DNA of 56,319 nucleotides, filler included, from Platydemus manokwari (GCA_037951405.1; 5 parts of 5 records of this genome joined end to end with filler, not necessarily neighbours in it), one strand, 5' to 3'; positions 26,233 to 38,840 are shown, counted from the whole stretch's first letter. Notes: generated by a model from the sequence alone, not told the origin. Numbers and translations: made by a program.

Positions 26233-28164
26233 TTAACCTTTTGATTTAGGTGAGCCCTTAGATTTAGGTGAGCCCTTAGATTTTGGTGAATCCTTAGATT
26301 TTTTAGGCGACTCCTTTTTGGAATTTGGACTTTTGGACACCGGTGAAACTGGAATGTCTAACTTTTTACAGAAAATATGAGGCTGAGATTTTCTTGTATG
26401 GATCTCATCACATTTGCTAGGCATGTGACTCCATGTTGGAGGTGCAGTCCATTTGTTAATGAATCTTGTTTCTCTGGTCAATATAAACGGCACTCTCACC
26501 GCTGGGTGGCCTGCTTCTTTACTATTAGGAGTTTGTAAATTCATTCTAACTACTACATCATAACTAATAAAAACAGGAAAAGAATTATCGCGATTTGTCA
26601 AAACTTTCTTTGTTGGAATTACAGGAGGAGGAGGGGGAGGTATGTTTTCATCATTTGGTTGAGGACTTGGCTCAGGCTTGGGTGGTGATTTCCCTTTTTT
26701 AGGAGATTGTTTTGTAGGAGAAGATTTTTTGGGTGATTCTTTAGGTGATTTTTTCTTAGGTGACTCTTTTTTAGGCGATCCTTTTTTGTTAGGTGAATTT
26801 TTACCTTTCGGAGATTTACCGTCTTCATTATCAAGTGCTTCTATTTCTTCGGGAGTCAATGGTATATTTTTCATTATTAACGTGCTTGAAGCCAAAAAGA
26901 CTTTATCGTCCCGTTTCATTTTACCATCACAAACTAAATTATATTTTGACCAATCGTACATTGGTTTGATCTGCACGGTTTTGCACCAACTTTTACTTTT
27001 TGGGTTGATCGGCAATCCATTTTCACCAGGCTTTAACCAAACTTCATTCAATGGAATGCTGTTGTCATGCGGTATTTCACGGAAGAATCGATAATTTTGT
27101 TCTATAAATACAGTTATACTATTAATGACATGTCGTTGTGAATTATTTTCAACATTAATTGTCACACTGATTTCTTCATTGTGATAATATAAATCGCGAT
27201 TTAACGATGCAGAAAGAAACAAGTCACCGATATCATCAAGTGTTTTATGTCGTATATAATTGAAAGGTGTACTTTTTCGCAAAGTATATGTCAATAATGA
27301 TGGGGCTATTGTAAATTTCCAAAAACACACTTTCACCTCTTTTGAAGGTACTGGAGTACTAAATTCATATTTTCCAACGTAGCATCTCAAAACCCAAAAT
27401 ACTCCGTTTTCATGATTTTTATGATTGTACGGTCGGTTAAAAGTAATGGAATCAGGAGCGCCAGTCAAATCAAAGTAAAACGGATAACCGTCCCACTCAT
27501 CTCCATATTCAGCTCGAATTTTATTGATAACTGTTTGATTATATTGGGTTGGCAATACTATTCTTTCAAAATTAGCAGGCCTTATATGATAATAATCTCT
27601 GTAACATAAACGTTGAGCATGAATCATCGGTGGAAACGGTGGAAGAAGTGATTCTTCTTTGTATCTCCATTTTGCTGTAATTTCTACAAAAACTTTTTCA
27701 TTCACCAACATTTTTCTTTTCATTGCAATAACACCTTCTAATACTGGAATTTCATGTTGTGAAGGCAAAGGTTCGTCTTCGGGTGGCAATTTTTTGCCTT
27801 TTTCTTTTGGTGATCCTTTGCTTTTCGGTGATCCACTTTTAGACTTTGGTGAACCTTTGACACCTTTATTTGAATTACAAAATTGTTGAATTTCTGGTGT
27901 TTCATTGAACACTTCATACAAATGTATTCTTCTCACAATTACAGCGAGATGGACAGACACTCTTTTGTAAGAAGTTTCCATATGGTCTTCATATCGTCTA
28001 CGTGCAAATGTTTCGGCATCAGCTCTCAAACATTCATCAGCTGACCATTTTGGGAGATTTCTTTTTTCTGGGCTTTTTTTAGTTTTCTTATCGTCTTTTT
28101 TGGGGCTTTCTTTTTTAGAACCTTTACCAGGACTTCCACTTTTCTTTGGACTGTCTTTAGCCAT
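26233..28164 (-). CDS. Intronless divergent arrestin-fold protein (643 aa) with SPK(K) repeat blocks
   Basis: Single uninterrupted ORF. Beta/visual-arrestin landmarks appear in the correct order: PVLEGVI (PVDGVV), KVFVEITAKWRY (RVYVTLTCAFRY), GYPFYFDLTGAPDSITF (AYPFTF...PCSVTL), NGVFWVLR (CGVDYEVK), LFLSASLNRDLYYHNEEISVTINVENNS ([28 protein letters not shown]), LVCDGKMKRDDKVFLASSTLI ([20 protein letters not shown]), ISYDVVVRM (VSYKVKVKL) and VRVPFILT (VELPFTLM). Confidence 0.9.
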   Translation of the reverse strand: MAKDSPKKSGSPGKGSKKESPKKDDKKTKKSPEKRNLPKWSADECLRADAETFARRRYEDHMETSYKRVSVHLAVIVRRIHLYEVFNETPEIQQFCNSNKGVKGSPKSKSGSPKSKGSPKEKGKKLPPEDEPLPSQHEIPVLEGVIAMKRKMLVNEKVFVEITAKWRYKEESLLPPFPPMIHAQRLCYRDYYHIRPANFERIVLPTQYNQTVINKIRAEYGDEWDGYPFYFDLTGAPDSITFNRPYNHKNHENGVFWVLRCYVGKYEFSTPVPSKEVKVCFWKFTIAPSLLTYTLRKSTPFNYIRHKTLDDIGDLFLSASLNRDLYYHNEEISVTINVENNSQRHVINSITVFIEQNYRFFREIPHDNSIPLNEVWLKPGENGLPINPKSKSWCKTVQIKPMYDWSKYNLVCDGKMKRDDKVFLASSTLIMKNIPLTPEEIEALDNEDGKSPKGKNSPNKKGSPKKESPKKKSPKESPKKSSPTKQSPKKGKSPPKPEPSPQPNDENIPPPPPPVIPTKKVLTNRDNSFPVFISYDVVVRMNLQTPNSKEAGHPAVRVPFILTRETRFINKWTAPPTWSHMPSKCDEIHTRKSQPHIFCKKLDIPVSPVSKSPNSKKESPKKSKDSPKSKGSPKSKGSPKSKG

Positions 28165-31100
28165 AATAGTAAATTAAAAACCAATCGATCAAAAATAGAT
28201 TCTTAATAATTATAATGATGATAAAAATTCAGTAATATTGTTGGAGATAATGTTTATTATACTGTAAAATTATTGGACTTCGTATATTAGACTTAATCTA
28301 GTGATTCTTAAGTTGTACCGATTGAACCAATAACAATTTTATCAGGGAGTTCAGAAATAAACGGGTGAATAAAGTTATTTCTGTATAACTATTATATGTA
28401 TGACAATGAATTCACTGCTTCATAATTTGTTCATCGATGGATTTTTTTAAAATAAATAAAAATAAAATAAGAATAAAATTAATGATATTTATCTAATCAA
28501 CTTTATTAAAAATTGAAAAGTGGAATTATAGTTAAAATTGTTGAACTGTTGAATTTTATATTATTTATTTCAATTATTTCTTTCTTCGTGTTTAAATATA
28601 TTATACGGCCATTTTTTGTCAGGCAATCCAAATTTAGTCACTACGCTAAATACTTACAATTTGAACAACTTAAAATCAAAAATATTATACGTTTTGACCA
28701 TGAATCCAACATTAGGAATTTTTAATAATTTTTAAGTGCCAAAGGTTTAAGATTAATAAATAGAAATATGATAAATATTTAAAATAAGATCCATCAGTAT
28801 ATTCGTGGAATTTTGTGACAATATAAACCAACACTACACCCAGTTTAAAATAAAATATATACTTAAAGATTATTTTCAATTTTAAACCACACACATACAT
28901 GTTTATAACATTTTAACAATTAGAAATATCCTTTGCCCATATCTTTGACAAGTGAGCCTGGTATCAAATATTTTAATTTTTCCAAAAAAATATCATTAGT
29001 TTTGAAACAATTAATGATAAATAAAATTTTCTAAAATAGTAACTAATTGATTTTAAGTAATTCGACTTTTTACATCAATCATTACAAAATTTATGATAAA
29101 TTAATTAGAAAATTAATAATTCATTCTTAAGCCGTATCAAAATATCAATAACAATGCTAAGTCTTATCAAATTAAATTACAATTGGAACTTCAACGATTA
29201 ACACATGTCTAAGGTTCATCAGAACCTTAAACCTTTAAGCCCGATCTACTGGTGTACCATTAAAAAAAATAAAATCATGGCATACCAATGAGGAGATACA
29301 TGTCTAAATTTAGAATGGTAATCACAAATGACATGAATAATACCAGTTATTTGCTTATTCTTGCTAAGGAGCTTAAATAGGAGAAAAATAGCTCAGGAAC
29401 GCAAGGCTCAGAAAGCAAATAACAATGCATTCTTTTTAGATTGTCGGTTTCTGTTATTTATTCGGTATACATTCTGATGTTAGTCAAACCTATTCAAGAA
29501 ATATATTTTCATTTCAAATGAATCTTATAGCTAAAATCAAATTAGTAAAAAACATTTATTCAAGTCAGCAAAATCGTTTAATTACAAATTAAACTATTGT
29601 TTAAAAAAGAAACTAGTACGGATTCGGGAGAAGTCGACTTTGTAAACACGTCGTATTGATAATCATGGATTTTGGAATACTGATAAATAAAATGAGTTTA
29701 CATCGTACTTTTAAACTGAATTTCATTCATTCCCATAGGCTTTGATATAACTTTGTTTCGATTTGCCTCTTTGATTTACAGGATTTCAGTGCACTTTTTA
29801 TATGCTTTAATATAGTGCCTCTTTATAAGTTTCAAGTTACTCTAATATCTTTTCCAAATACACTTTAATTTCATTTTTAGTTCTAAATTCTGACGGAATT
29901 GATTCATCAATGATATTATTTCTCGGTGGCATATTCCTTTTCATTCACATGATAATATTAAATTTATGATAAAATAAATCGTAAAAATTTAACGACTTTA
30001 AATCACGATTTTTTTAAACAGTCTTCCTAAATTATTGTAAAAATACATTTATTTATTGTATGTAAATAATTTTAATTCGCTATAATTTTAACTTCTGTAA
30101 TTTATCATTCTTTTCCTATTTTAAACACGTTAGATATCAACCAATAAGAACTCTTTTAATGATAAGTTTCAAAAAAATATGTTTTGTACATAAAACTTTT
30201 ACAAAATCCATAGTTAAAGCTGCAAAAGCTTATTTAACGGAGGTAATTTACAATATATTGTATCACGCGAAAACTAATTAAAGGCTTTTTTTACTGCCGC
30301 TAAAATGGTTAATTCCACGTTAATGTCTATAAACTTGATAATGTCATGATTTAAGATTAATTCTACTCAATCCTTAGATTAATCTTTACAGTTTTGAAAG
30401 ACTCTGAAATACAGAAAAAGATTTTAGAAAAGAAAACATTTCTAAAATACCAAATGAGTCCATGAAGTTCCCTAAAAATGATAGAAGCAATGCTTTAACT
30501 TCAAAACGGATCTCGAAGTCCCACAGAGCATTAGAGTGTAGTCAGTTAAAATCTACGTAGTCTTTCATGAGCCCTCTCGAATCTTGATGTTGATGAAGTG
30601 CTTTTGTATACTGATCCAAAGCGATCTTTAAATTTACAATTATATATCCTGAATGATTCTTTTTAGCCATTACAAAGCATAATCGTGGCATTATTGATCT
30701 TGTTGGGGTTATGCATTTACAGTTTATCTTTAATTCGAGTTCTTCATTGTTGGTTAAATGCCAAAGTCGATCGAATAGGCTTATGTTATCTAAGTGATCG
30801 ACTATTTAAATTCAAAAACAAGACTCAAATAGTATTCCTTTATTGAAACAACATCCAATACAACAACATTATACACAAATGATAATAATAATGCGGTTAA
30901 AAAAATTAAATATTACATACATACTGATAATTGTATAGCCCTTTCAAAGAATCAAGCCAAACAATTTACTGGAACAGACATAAATTAATATTTTATCAAA
31001 CAGACACACTGAGAAGCTAATAAATTATGTAAAGTTCAGATAACAAATCTCCATTGTGTTGATATAGATTTTAAAATATAAATAAAGCTTAGAATATTTT

Positions 31101-32699
31101 TTCATCAATCCTCATTGACAAAATTATGTATTTTTTAAATTATTATTATCTTTCAAAAATTTTGCTACTTAATCTTTTTTTAGTTTTGAGAAATTCTCTT
31201 TGTCTGAGTCTGAAAATTTAAGTGAACAATTTCCTGATGTTTCTCATGTTTTTAATATTATTTTCATGCTGATTACGAATAATCAATTTCATTTTTTTCT
31301 TTTTCTAGAGAGATTTATACTATTTTTTTCAACTCTGGTAATTTTATTTATTTTAATTTGATTATTCTTCATAAATCCACCTTCGTTATTAGTGGTTTTG
31401 ATTTTCTCTCACATTATGAATAATATTTTTTATTCCATATTATTAATAATTTAGATTAATAAATTATCTTCATACACTTTCTATATTTATCATTTCTCTT
31501 ATTGATTTTAATATATTGACAATATAATTTATCATATCAAATAAGACAAATAATGATTATTGTTAACAAGTGACTAAATATTTTCAATCTAATAAAGGCA
31601 AATAATAATTGTAATTTCCAAATTTTAAAAAGATTTACAATAATAAAAAAGATCAAAGTTTTTACTCCCAAGATCAAAGAAAATAATAAATTCTCACAAT
31701 AAAAGTTCATTGTAATAGTGTCAAATGTTCATGTTTACTTTTCAACTTGGATTGGACATGTTACCATTTGATGATTGAGATTGATAAAAACTTGAGCTAT
31801 CACTGGATTCATTGTTGTCAAGCCTGCTAACGTAACAACCCTTCGCCAGAAAGCTATTTTTATGACTTTGTGTAAGCGAGTTCATCTATTATAAACACTA
31901 AAAATATTTTTGGAAATCAATTTTTCCTACTCTTCCTTAAATCGAATATTGGACTCTCATTTGGTATAAATTCAAACTGATTCAGCTTAAAGATTGAATT
32001 TGGCTGATGATTTAAGATTCATTATCAGTAATCTCATTACTAATATTGTAATTCTGCTACGGAACCAAAAGGATCCGTTCAAAGTAGCTACTAATATTAA
32101 AACAATTTTGAGAAAGTGAGCCCCTTATCTCTGTAAACATGATGAACATAACTCACAATTTTTATTTATTAAGCAACAAGACTAACAACTTTTGAAACAA
32201 TGCTCGGTAAGGTCTTAGAATTCGAGTCTAAAATTTTCCTTGATAAATCTGAAAATATCGATAATAGAGGTAAGGCAGACACGAGATTACTTTTCTTTCT
32301 TCCTCTTTTTGTTGGATTGTAAAATTGCAACTCGAAGTACTAAAACCGACTGCTGTCCAAACAAATTTGACTTCCAAACTCATTTTTAAAAGAAAGAAGA
32401 TGATAAACCAGTTTTCGAAAATGCAAGGGTGAATGCTCAATGTCTTGATTAGACATTTGCATACTCAGAAAATTCATCCATTAAACTTCCAACTATAAAT
32501 TTCAAAAAGTAGAAATAGAAGAAGTTTATTATTTCAGAAAGAAAAAGACCCTAGTGCTTCTGGAAAAAAACAAGGTAATTTATAGAAAAATCCTATACTC
32601 ACGCAAGCACTACAAATTTTCTCATTTATCTTTCAAAAATTCTTGACGACTAAAACAATTAATTCTAAATGAAAATAGTTATGATATCTAAACCTGTGA

Positions 32700-33250
32700 A
32701 CGGCTACTACTGCAGGTCGCCTGGGTATCGTTTGTAAATTTCTTGATTTTGCGTACAAAATTTAAACCCCGGGTCTTTCCAAACAGACTTGGCTTTGGAG
32801 TTATGTAAATAATCTTTTTTAACCCTTACCAAAACTGCAAGTCGTTCTCGAAAAATAGGACAACATGAAGAAAACCTATCTCTATTTGAACATTAAAAAT
32901 ACTTTCCCCTCAATCATGATTGCTGCACTTGGATTTACAGACATTTCTGAGAATAAGATCGATATTCTTCGCAACTAATGTTGACTTTCAACATTTCCAA
33001 TAAATAATCTCCCTGGAAATACACTATCGTCGATAAGGTGATTTAACTCTTGCTAAATATCACATATAGCACCAATCTTAAGCCGGGAATATTTTCATAA
33101 TTGGCATATATGCAATGATTAAAGTATCTAGCCATTTGGTCTAAACGATGGGATTAAAATTTAAACCTGATAAAATTTTCTGTCAGTTTAATTTTTGCGC
33201 TTGAAAGATTTCTTAAAATATATTTTCAAACAAATTACAATAATTGGTTT
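32700..33250 (+). mobile_element. Decayed LINE (CR1-like) reverse transcriptase relic
   Basis: Fragments LYLNIKNTFPSI (about 32881, cf. YLDFxKAFDSV) and AIWSKRW..KFKPDK (about 33131-33174, cf. WSxxWxLxFNxxK); frameshifted. Confidence 0.4.
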
Positions 33251-33859
33251 CGAAAGTTGTTTAAGTATCCTTCACAACTCTGTTGTTATCTTATTTGGTA
33301 GAAAAATTGACATATGTGTTCTTCTTCCTTAACAAAACTGCTCAGATTAGTAAGTAAAAGATATTGACTCGATATAATTGAAATTGGTTCTTGGAGATAA
33401 GCTCTCTAGCTCGTAACAACACTTTAAGGATTTAAAATTTAAATTTATATCATAAGACTTTAATTTGTTTAAATAATTGTGATTTAAACATAATGTGATA
33501 TCGTGTCTATTTGAAGAACTCGAAAAAGCACATTTATACAGAGTGCACTTTCTCAACAGTTTTCTGAGCTATGTCGACATAACAAAATCATAAAAATATG
33601 CAGAAACACAGATTGAAAACTTCACGCTGAAAAATTATGATAGATGAGGGTAGATATCCACAAAAAAACTTTGTAAAATATGCAGAACTCAAGAAGTCAA
33701 TCCAAAATATGGGACCAAATTGAAATAATAGAATCACTCACCTTTTTACTTGGAGCATATCAACAAATCCTCCGGTATTGAAAAAACCAGAATTGAATAT
33801 AAAATTTATCATCCAAATAGCCACCTAGTGTAACTAGACAAATATCAAATCGAGTTTTC

Positions 33860-34200
33860 TCAACTAAAAGTTTCATCTTTGGGAAAGGAGATCATCAGAT
33901 TTTTGAAGTATTGAAAGCGATCTTTGACGATCAATGAGTATTTTATCGGATTAGATATCTTAGCCAGTCTTCGGAAACGTTTCGGTAATAATGCTGGTAA
34001 ATTAAGTTTTTGGAATCTCAATTTGTCAGAGTTATCATAAAAACCCAAAGTTTATTGAACACAAGGTCACTAAATATTTATATGAACACTAAATCAACAA
34101 TCAAAAAGCACATCACAACGTTATTTGAGATTTCTGGATACTTGGTTAGACATGAGCTTTAGCCTGATTGGAGCTCATAACAGATTTTTTATTCGAAAAT
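33860..34200 (-). mobile_element. Decayed LINE ORF2 C-terminal relic
   Basis: ORF 33860..34048 contains DKLRFQKLNLPALLPKRFRRL, resembling the CR1-type tail Y.ERL..LNLPSL..RR.R.DL. Confidence 0.35.
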
Positions 34201-34951
34201 GGGAGCACCTATATTTTCTATTTAATTTTATTCTTATTAAACTAAAAGTATCGAGCTGTGATTAGAAATAGGTTTTAATTATAGCTTGTTGTTTTGGATT
34301 GCGCTAACGGTTTATCCTGTCACTGTTATTTGAGTTTTTTTTAATCTATAACTAGGGGTATTATAATAATTTACAATATAACACATAGTAATGTCCAATA
34401 TTATTATGTGAGTTTATATAATGATTTCATTGATTTTGTTGTAGAGTACACAGATACAAATAATTATTGAAGATCCAAACACGCCCTTAACTAATTAGAG
34501 ACGAAAAAAAATTTCAAGAGGAACACATACACTAAACTCAAGTACAAACAATCCCATTATCGAGCATAACATAATGGCCTTTAGTTATTTTAGAAACACT
34601 GTGTTTCATATATGATAAAAAATACAGAATAAGTGTAGAATGAAGATTCCAATTTAACAGAGCATATTGCATCAAAATACACAATCATCGATAAACCCAT
34701 TTTGATAAACCCCAAATAATAGCACCAATAGGGACTGTGGAAATGAAAACACTGAAAAAAAGTTGATATAACACTATTTTTGACTGCACATATTTCAGAA
34801 AACATGGTTTATTTGCCCGTGGAAGTTCGTTGAAGACAGAAGAATAGGAAAAGTGCTTTTATTGTTATTTGTGCTTATGTTGAGCAACAATTTCAATAGG
34901 TCAATAAATATTTTGTTACCAACTCTTTATTCAATATCCAATACAGTAGGT

Positions 34952-35056
34952 CAGGGATGGCCAACCGGTAGATCTTGAAGCCAATTTTAGTCTATCGCAT
35001 GAGATGTTATTCAAATGAAAAGTCGATCTTACGTACACAAAAGTTTGCCACCTCTG
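34952..35056. mobile_element. hAT (Charlie-like) MITE, 105 bp
   Basis: Imperfect TIRs CAGGGATGGCCAAC ... GTTTGCCACCTCTG. The flanking 8-mers cagtaggt and tcctagag share a central TAG, as in the Charlie NTCTAGAN target consensus (degenerate TSD). Confidence 0.6.
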
Positions 35057-35073
35057 TCCTAGAGCATCAGCTG

Positions 35074-35173
35074 NNNNNNNNNNNNNNNNNNNNNNNNNNN
35101 NNNNNNNNNNNNNNNNNTTAATTAATTAANNNNNNNNNNNNNNNNNNNNNNNNNNNNNNNNNNNNNNNNNNNN
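35074..35173. other. Artificial contig-joining spacer
   Basis: 44 N + TTAATTAATTAA + 44 N. Confidence 0.95.
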
Positions 35174-36555
35174 GTTTAAATGATTTGGTAAAACAAAAAC
35201 TTTAAACAACTAAAAAACATGAATAACTTTTGACTCAGCCTAATATATATATATATATATATAGTACTTGGAGGCCTCGAGTTTTAATTAAAAGAACTTC
35301 TACAACAATGAAAAAGACTTTCTAACATCAAAATTTAAAATGATAAATGTGGAATTCGAAATCATGATCACATGGATATTTAGGAAGCTTTTTAATTTGG
35401 ATAAAATGAAAATTATTAATTAATTATAAATAATAAAATGATTATAATTATTTTATATCAGATTAATAGTTATTTTGTTATAAAGCTGCCAATATTAATA
35501 AGAATTTTAAACCATTCTAAGATGGTATATTGGAGCCGAATTATATTGATTGCTTAAGCTAGGCATCAAAATTATTTCCTGATTTATTGCCGTATTGAAT
35601 TATGAATTTTATCCAAAGTTTCAATATAATATATTAATCCTGAAGTTTTGGATTAAATTATTGTTTTCCTTGAAAGAAGTTCTGAATTCATTCATATCTT
35701 TATTCTAATATGCTACAAGATACTGAAGCCAATTTCTGGCCATATTCAACTGTAAAGTTAACAAGAAATCTAACTTAGAATTTCTTTAACGAAAGATTGT
35801 CCCTGAAATAAATATTTCCTTGCATCACAGACCATTTTAATGTTATTACTATTCGATATTATAATCATCCCAAATGAGAAGAATTCATGAGAGATTCCTG
35901 CACAATTTATTGCCCAGATATGCTTGCTGCAAAGCATGTTATATTTTGAATCGTCATATAAAATTTATCAGAATCTTCTTCATTTCACTTTCACAGATCC
36001 CTGAAGGATTCATTCAGGATTTCATTCGCTTATTCAGATTGAAACATATCAACAATACAACAACTTGTTATTAATCCAATATCTCTAATGCAATGTTGAA
36101 CTGCAGACTAGAATCCATGCCAACTTTTATAGACAGGAACTCAGAAATAATAAGTTTTCTGTTATTTTTATTCAGTTGATATTGATAAACTTTATCAGTT
36201 AATAATGAAAATCAGAAAAGAATTTACAGCTTCTATTAATATGTGATCATCATATTTCTTGAGAATAAGCTAACAAGATTTAAGATCATTTTACAATATG
36301 ATAATGTCTGCTTGCGAGGTTTGAATTGCAAAATATGGTTTTAAAAACAAAGGAAATTTTCATTCAACTATTCACGTGAGTTTATTAGTGTAATAAGCGA
36401 CGGGTGTTTTTAGCTTCCTATTCCCAATAAATATTGACTTGCAACAAATAAATTTTACTCCAATTATAATCATTAATGATGTGAGAATTTTAGAATTAAA
36501 TTTTTGATTTAATTTTATATAAAATTATTTTAATTTGTTTATATACAAATACATA

Positions 36556-36964
36556 TTTTGGCTTAAGTTAAGAAAAATGGTCCTTTGACCTACTTTCACT
36601 CTAATGAATTTTCGCGCATGACATAATTTTATAACTTAATTTTATATATAACTGCCTTGTTTGATTTATTCATATAATTCAGTTAATATCTCATTTTTAA
36701 AAATATCTAATGGTGACAAAACATAGTTTTAAAACCAAAGTCCCATTCTAATCACAGCACTACTAAATGATTATTTGAGTTTTTAAATTTATATATTTAT
36801 AATTATAATTAATTATTAATTAATTTATAATTAATATCACTGCTTAATTTTATGAAATAATTGTAAAAATTGAGAATATCTGTAAATTTGCTTCTGATGT
36901 TAAAAAAGTGGCCGTAGCTAATTTTCAATAAATTGCAATACGACATACTTTTTTCCATTATTTC
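36556..36964 (-). repeat. Repeat family B copy, abutting a family A fragment and cut by the LTR element
   Basis: Reverse complement of about 10860-11245. Similarity runs right up to 36964, where the LTR begins. Confidence 0.75.
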
Positions 36965-38650
36965 AGTAACGTGTTTAAGTAAAGAAACACGTTGTATGTG
37001 TTTAAAATAAATTGAATGGTGAATTAGTGTAGTTTTTTAGAAATAAATATTATACCTGAAAGTATTAATGACTTAACTGGCGACCACGCTATACAAGGAA
37101 TCAGCAGAAGAGACAGCTAGTAGAGAGTTTGCCGAAACTGGCACAAGGAGCGTTCAATTCCAATATTGGAAAAATTTTCTGAAGATTTTCAAATGAGACC
37201 TCAAAGTGGGTAAGGGATATGGAGGATTGGCTATTAATTAATAATCTCAGTCTGATTAGCGCATTCTACTCACTGCTTTTAGACGATGCTGGAGTTTTGA
37301 GGAAAAACTTCAAATCTGAAGATAACACAGAAGAGTTAGGTAAATCGTGGTTTGAAGATACATTTACAATAAAAAAATCGATAATGGATATGATTGTCAA
37401 ACTTGCAAATGTTTAACAATCGGAGAGCGAACGGTTTGCCACCGTCGAGATAAGAGTTCATAGATTAGTTGAGGGGTTGATGAATTCCGAATTGAATAAA
37501 GATACGACAGTGAAAGATATCATCAACAAAAGAACACGATTGAATGAGTTGAAAGACGCTCTTTCCCTAAAGCCAAACATGAATATAATAGACGATAGGA
37601 GTGCTGCAAAGGTCTTCGAGAATCAAGAACAAAGTTTACAAGGAGATCCCCAGGCATCCAATACAATCCGTAGGGAAAGCTATGCCCAAGCACCAAAAAC
37701 TGGAAGAAGCAACGAGTGGAATAATTAGTTTAAAAAAGGAAGCAACGAGTCAACCAATTATATACCACCACATACAATCAGAACACGAAACCCCAAGCCA
37801 ACAGCTTCATAACAGAAGTTCGTTTCAGGTAGAGAGAGACCAGTATTTTCGATGAAATACATGGCCAATAAACTGTACAATAAGTGTAGAGGAATGCAAG
37901 ACCCAAAGGAAGAACGCTTGCGTGGAGAAAATTGTTTTTGCTGTGGAGAAAGCGGACACTACAGAAGCCAGTGCCTTCTAATTCCCAAATTTTGAATATG
38001 TGGACAAGAAGACCATCATTTCAGATCGTACCATTTAATACGAAGTACTAGACACAGAATAGAAATTAGAAATTTATGTATTCAGGACAGAAACAAGGAA
38101 TAATTGGATCCAGTCGAAGACCCAGTAATTCACGAGATAGAAAATCAAAGAAACCTCAGCAACTTCGTCACATTCATTTCGTCGGTGAGGTTTAACCAAT
38201 AGATAACAAGAAAATTCGAAACGGAACCAGATGTGAAGAGATGTCTAAGAAGGACAACGTCAGGATGTGGAGTAATGTGTTGATCAAAGGATCTGAAGTA
38301 GAGATGTTGTGGAATTCGGGAGAGTCTATCACAGTGATGAGCAAGAATGAGTAGGAAGCCCAGAATTTTAAGATAATTTAATTACGCTTAGTGTTTTCAA
38401 CGGGTAGCGAGTGTCCTCTGGGTTATTCATAATTTGACGAAAAATATGCAGTGATGAAGCAAAAACTGAAAAGCCTAAAACCATATATTTAGTCCAAATA
38501 CAAATAAAATCAGAGATAATGCAAAAAATACAGGAAGCACAGCATAAAGATGCAGAAATAGTGTAGAGATTCAGATTTCTGAATGGCGAAATAACTGTAA
38601 GTAGCGTGGAATTCTGGAACAAACATTCTCTTTAAAGAATTAAAGATAAG
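36965..38650 (+). mobile_element. Decayed Ty3/Gypsy LTR retrotransposon, 5' part: LTR 36965-37078, PBS, gag, protease
   Basis: LTR AGTAAC...CTTAACT followed by PBS-like TGGCGACCACGC at 37078. Gag zinc knuckle CFCCGESGHYRSQC (CX2CX4HX4C) at 37933-37974 plus a decayed second knuckle. Protease-like VEMLWNSGESITVMS at about 38298-38342, with the DSG motif mutated. Multiple stops; the 3' boundary is approximate. Confidence 0.85.
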
Positions 38651-38840
38651 CTGAAGGTGGTTAACTAATAAACTATTTGATAGAAATTCATACAAAATAT
38701 CTCAATTTCAAAATCTATCAGTAAAATACAAACAATAAATCATAAATAACATTATAAATTTGTTTAATGAATAAAAGACGAACAAATTGATATTTATTAA
38801 AAACAAAAGTTGTTATTAATTTATAAAACATTTTCGTCAT

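Noticed and set aside
26619-27889. ORFs 26619..26834, 26678..27094, 27412..27609 and 27659..27889
   Set aside because: Alternative-frame or antisense shadows of the arrestin-like CDS and its SPK repeats.
30520-30790. About 80-codon open frame on the minus strand after an AG
   Set aside because: No recognisable homology or partner exons.
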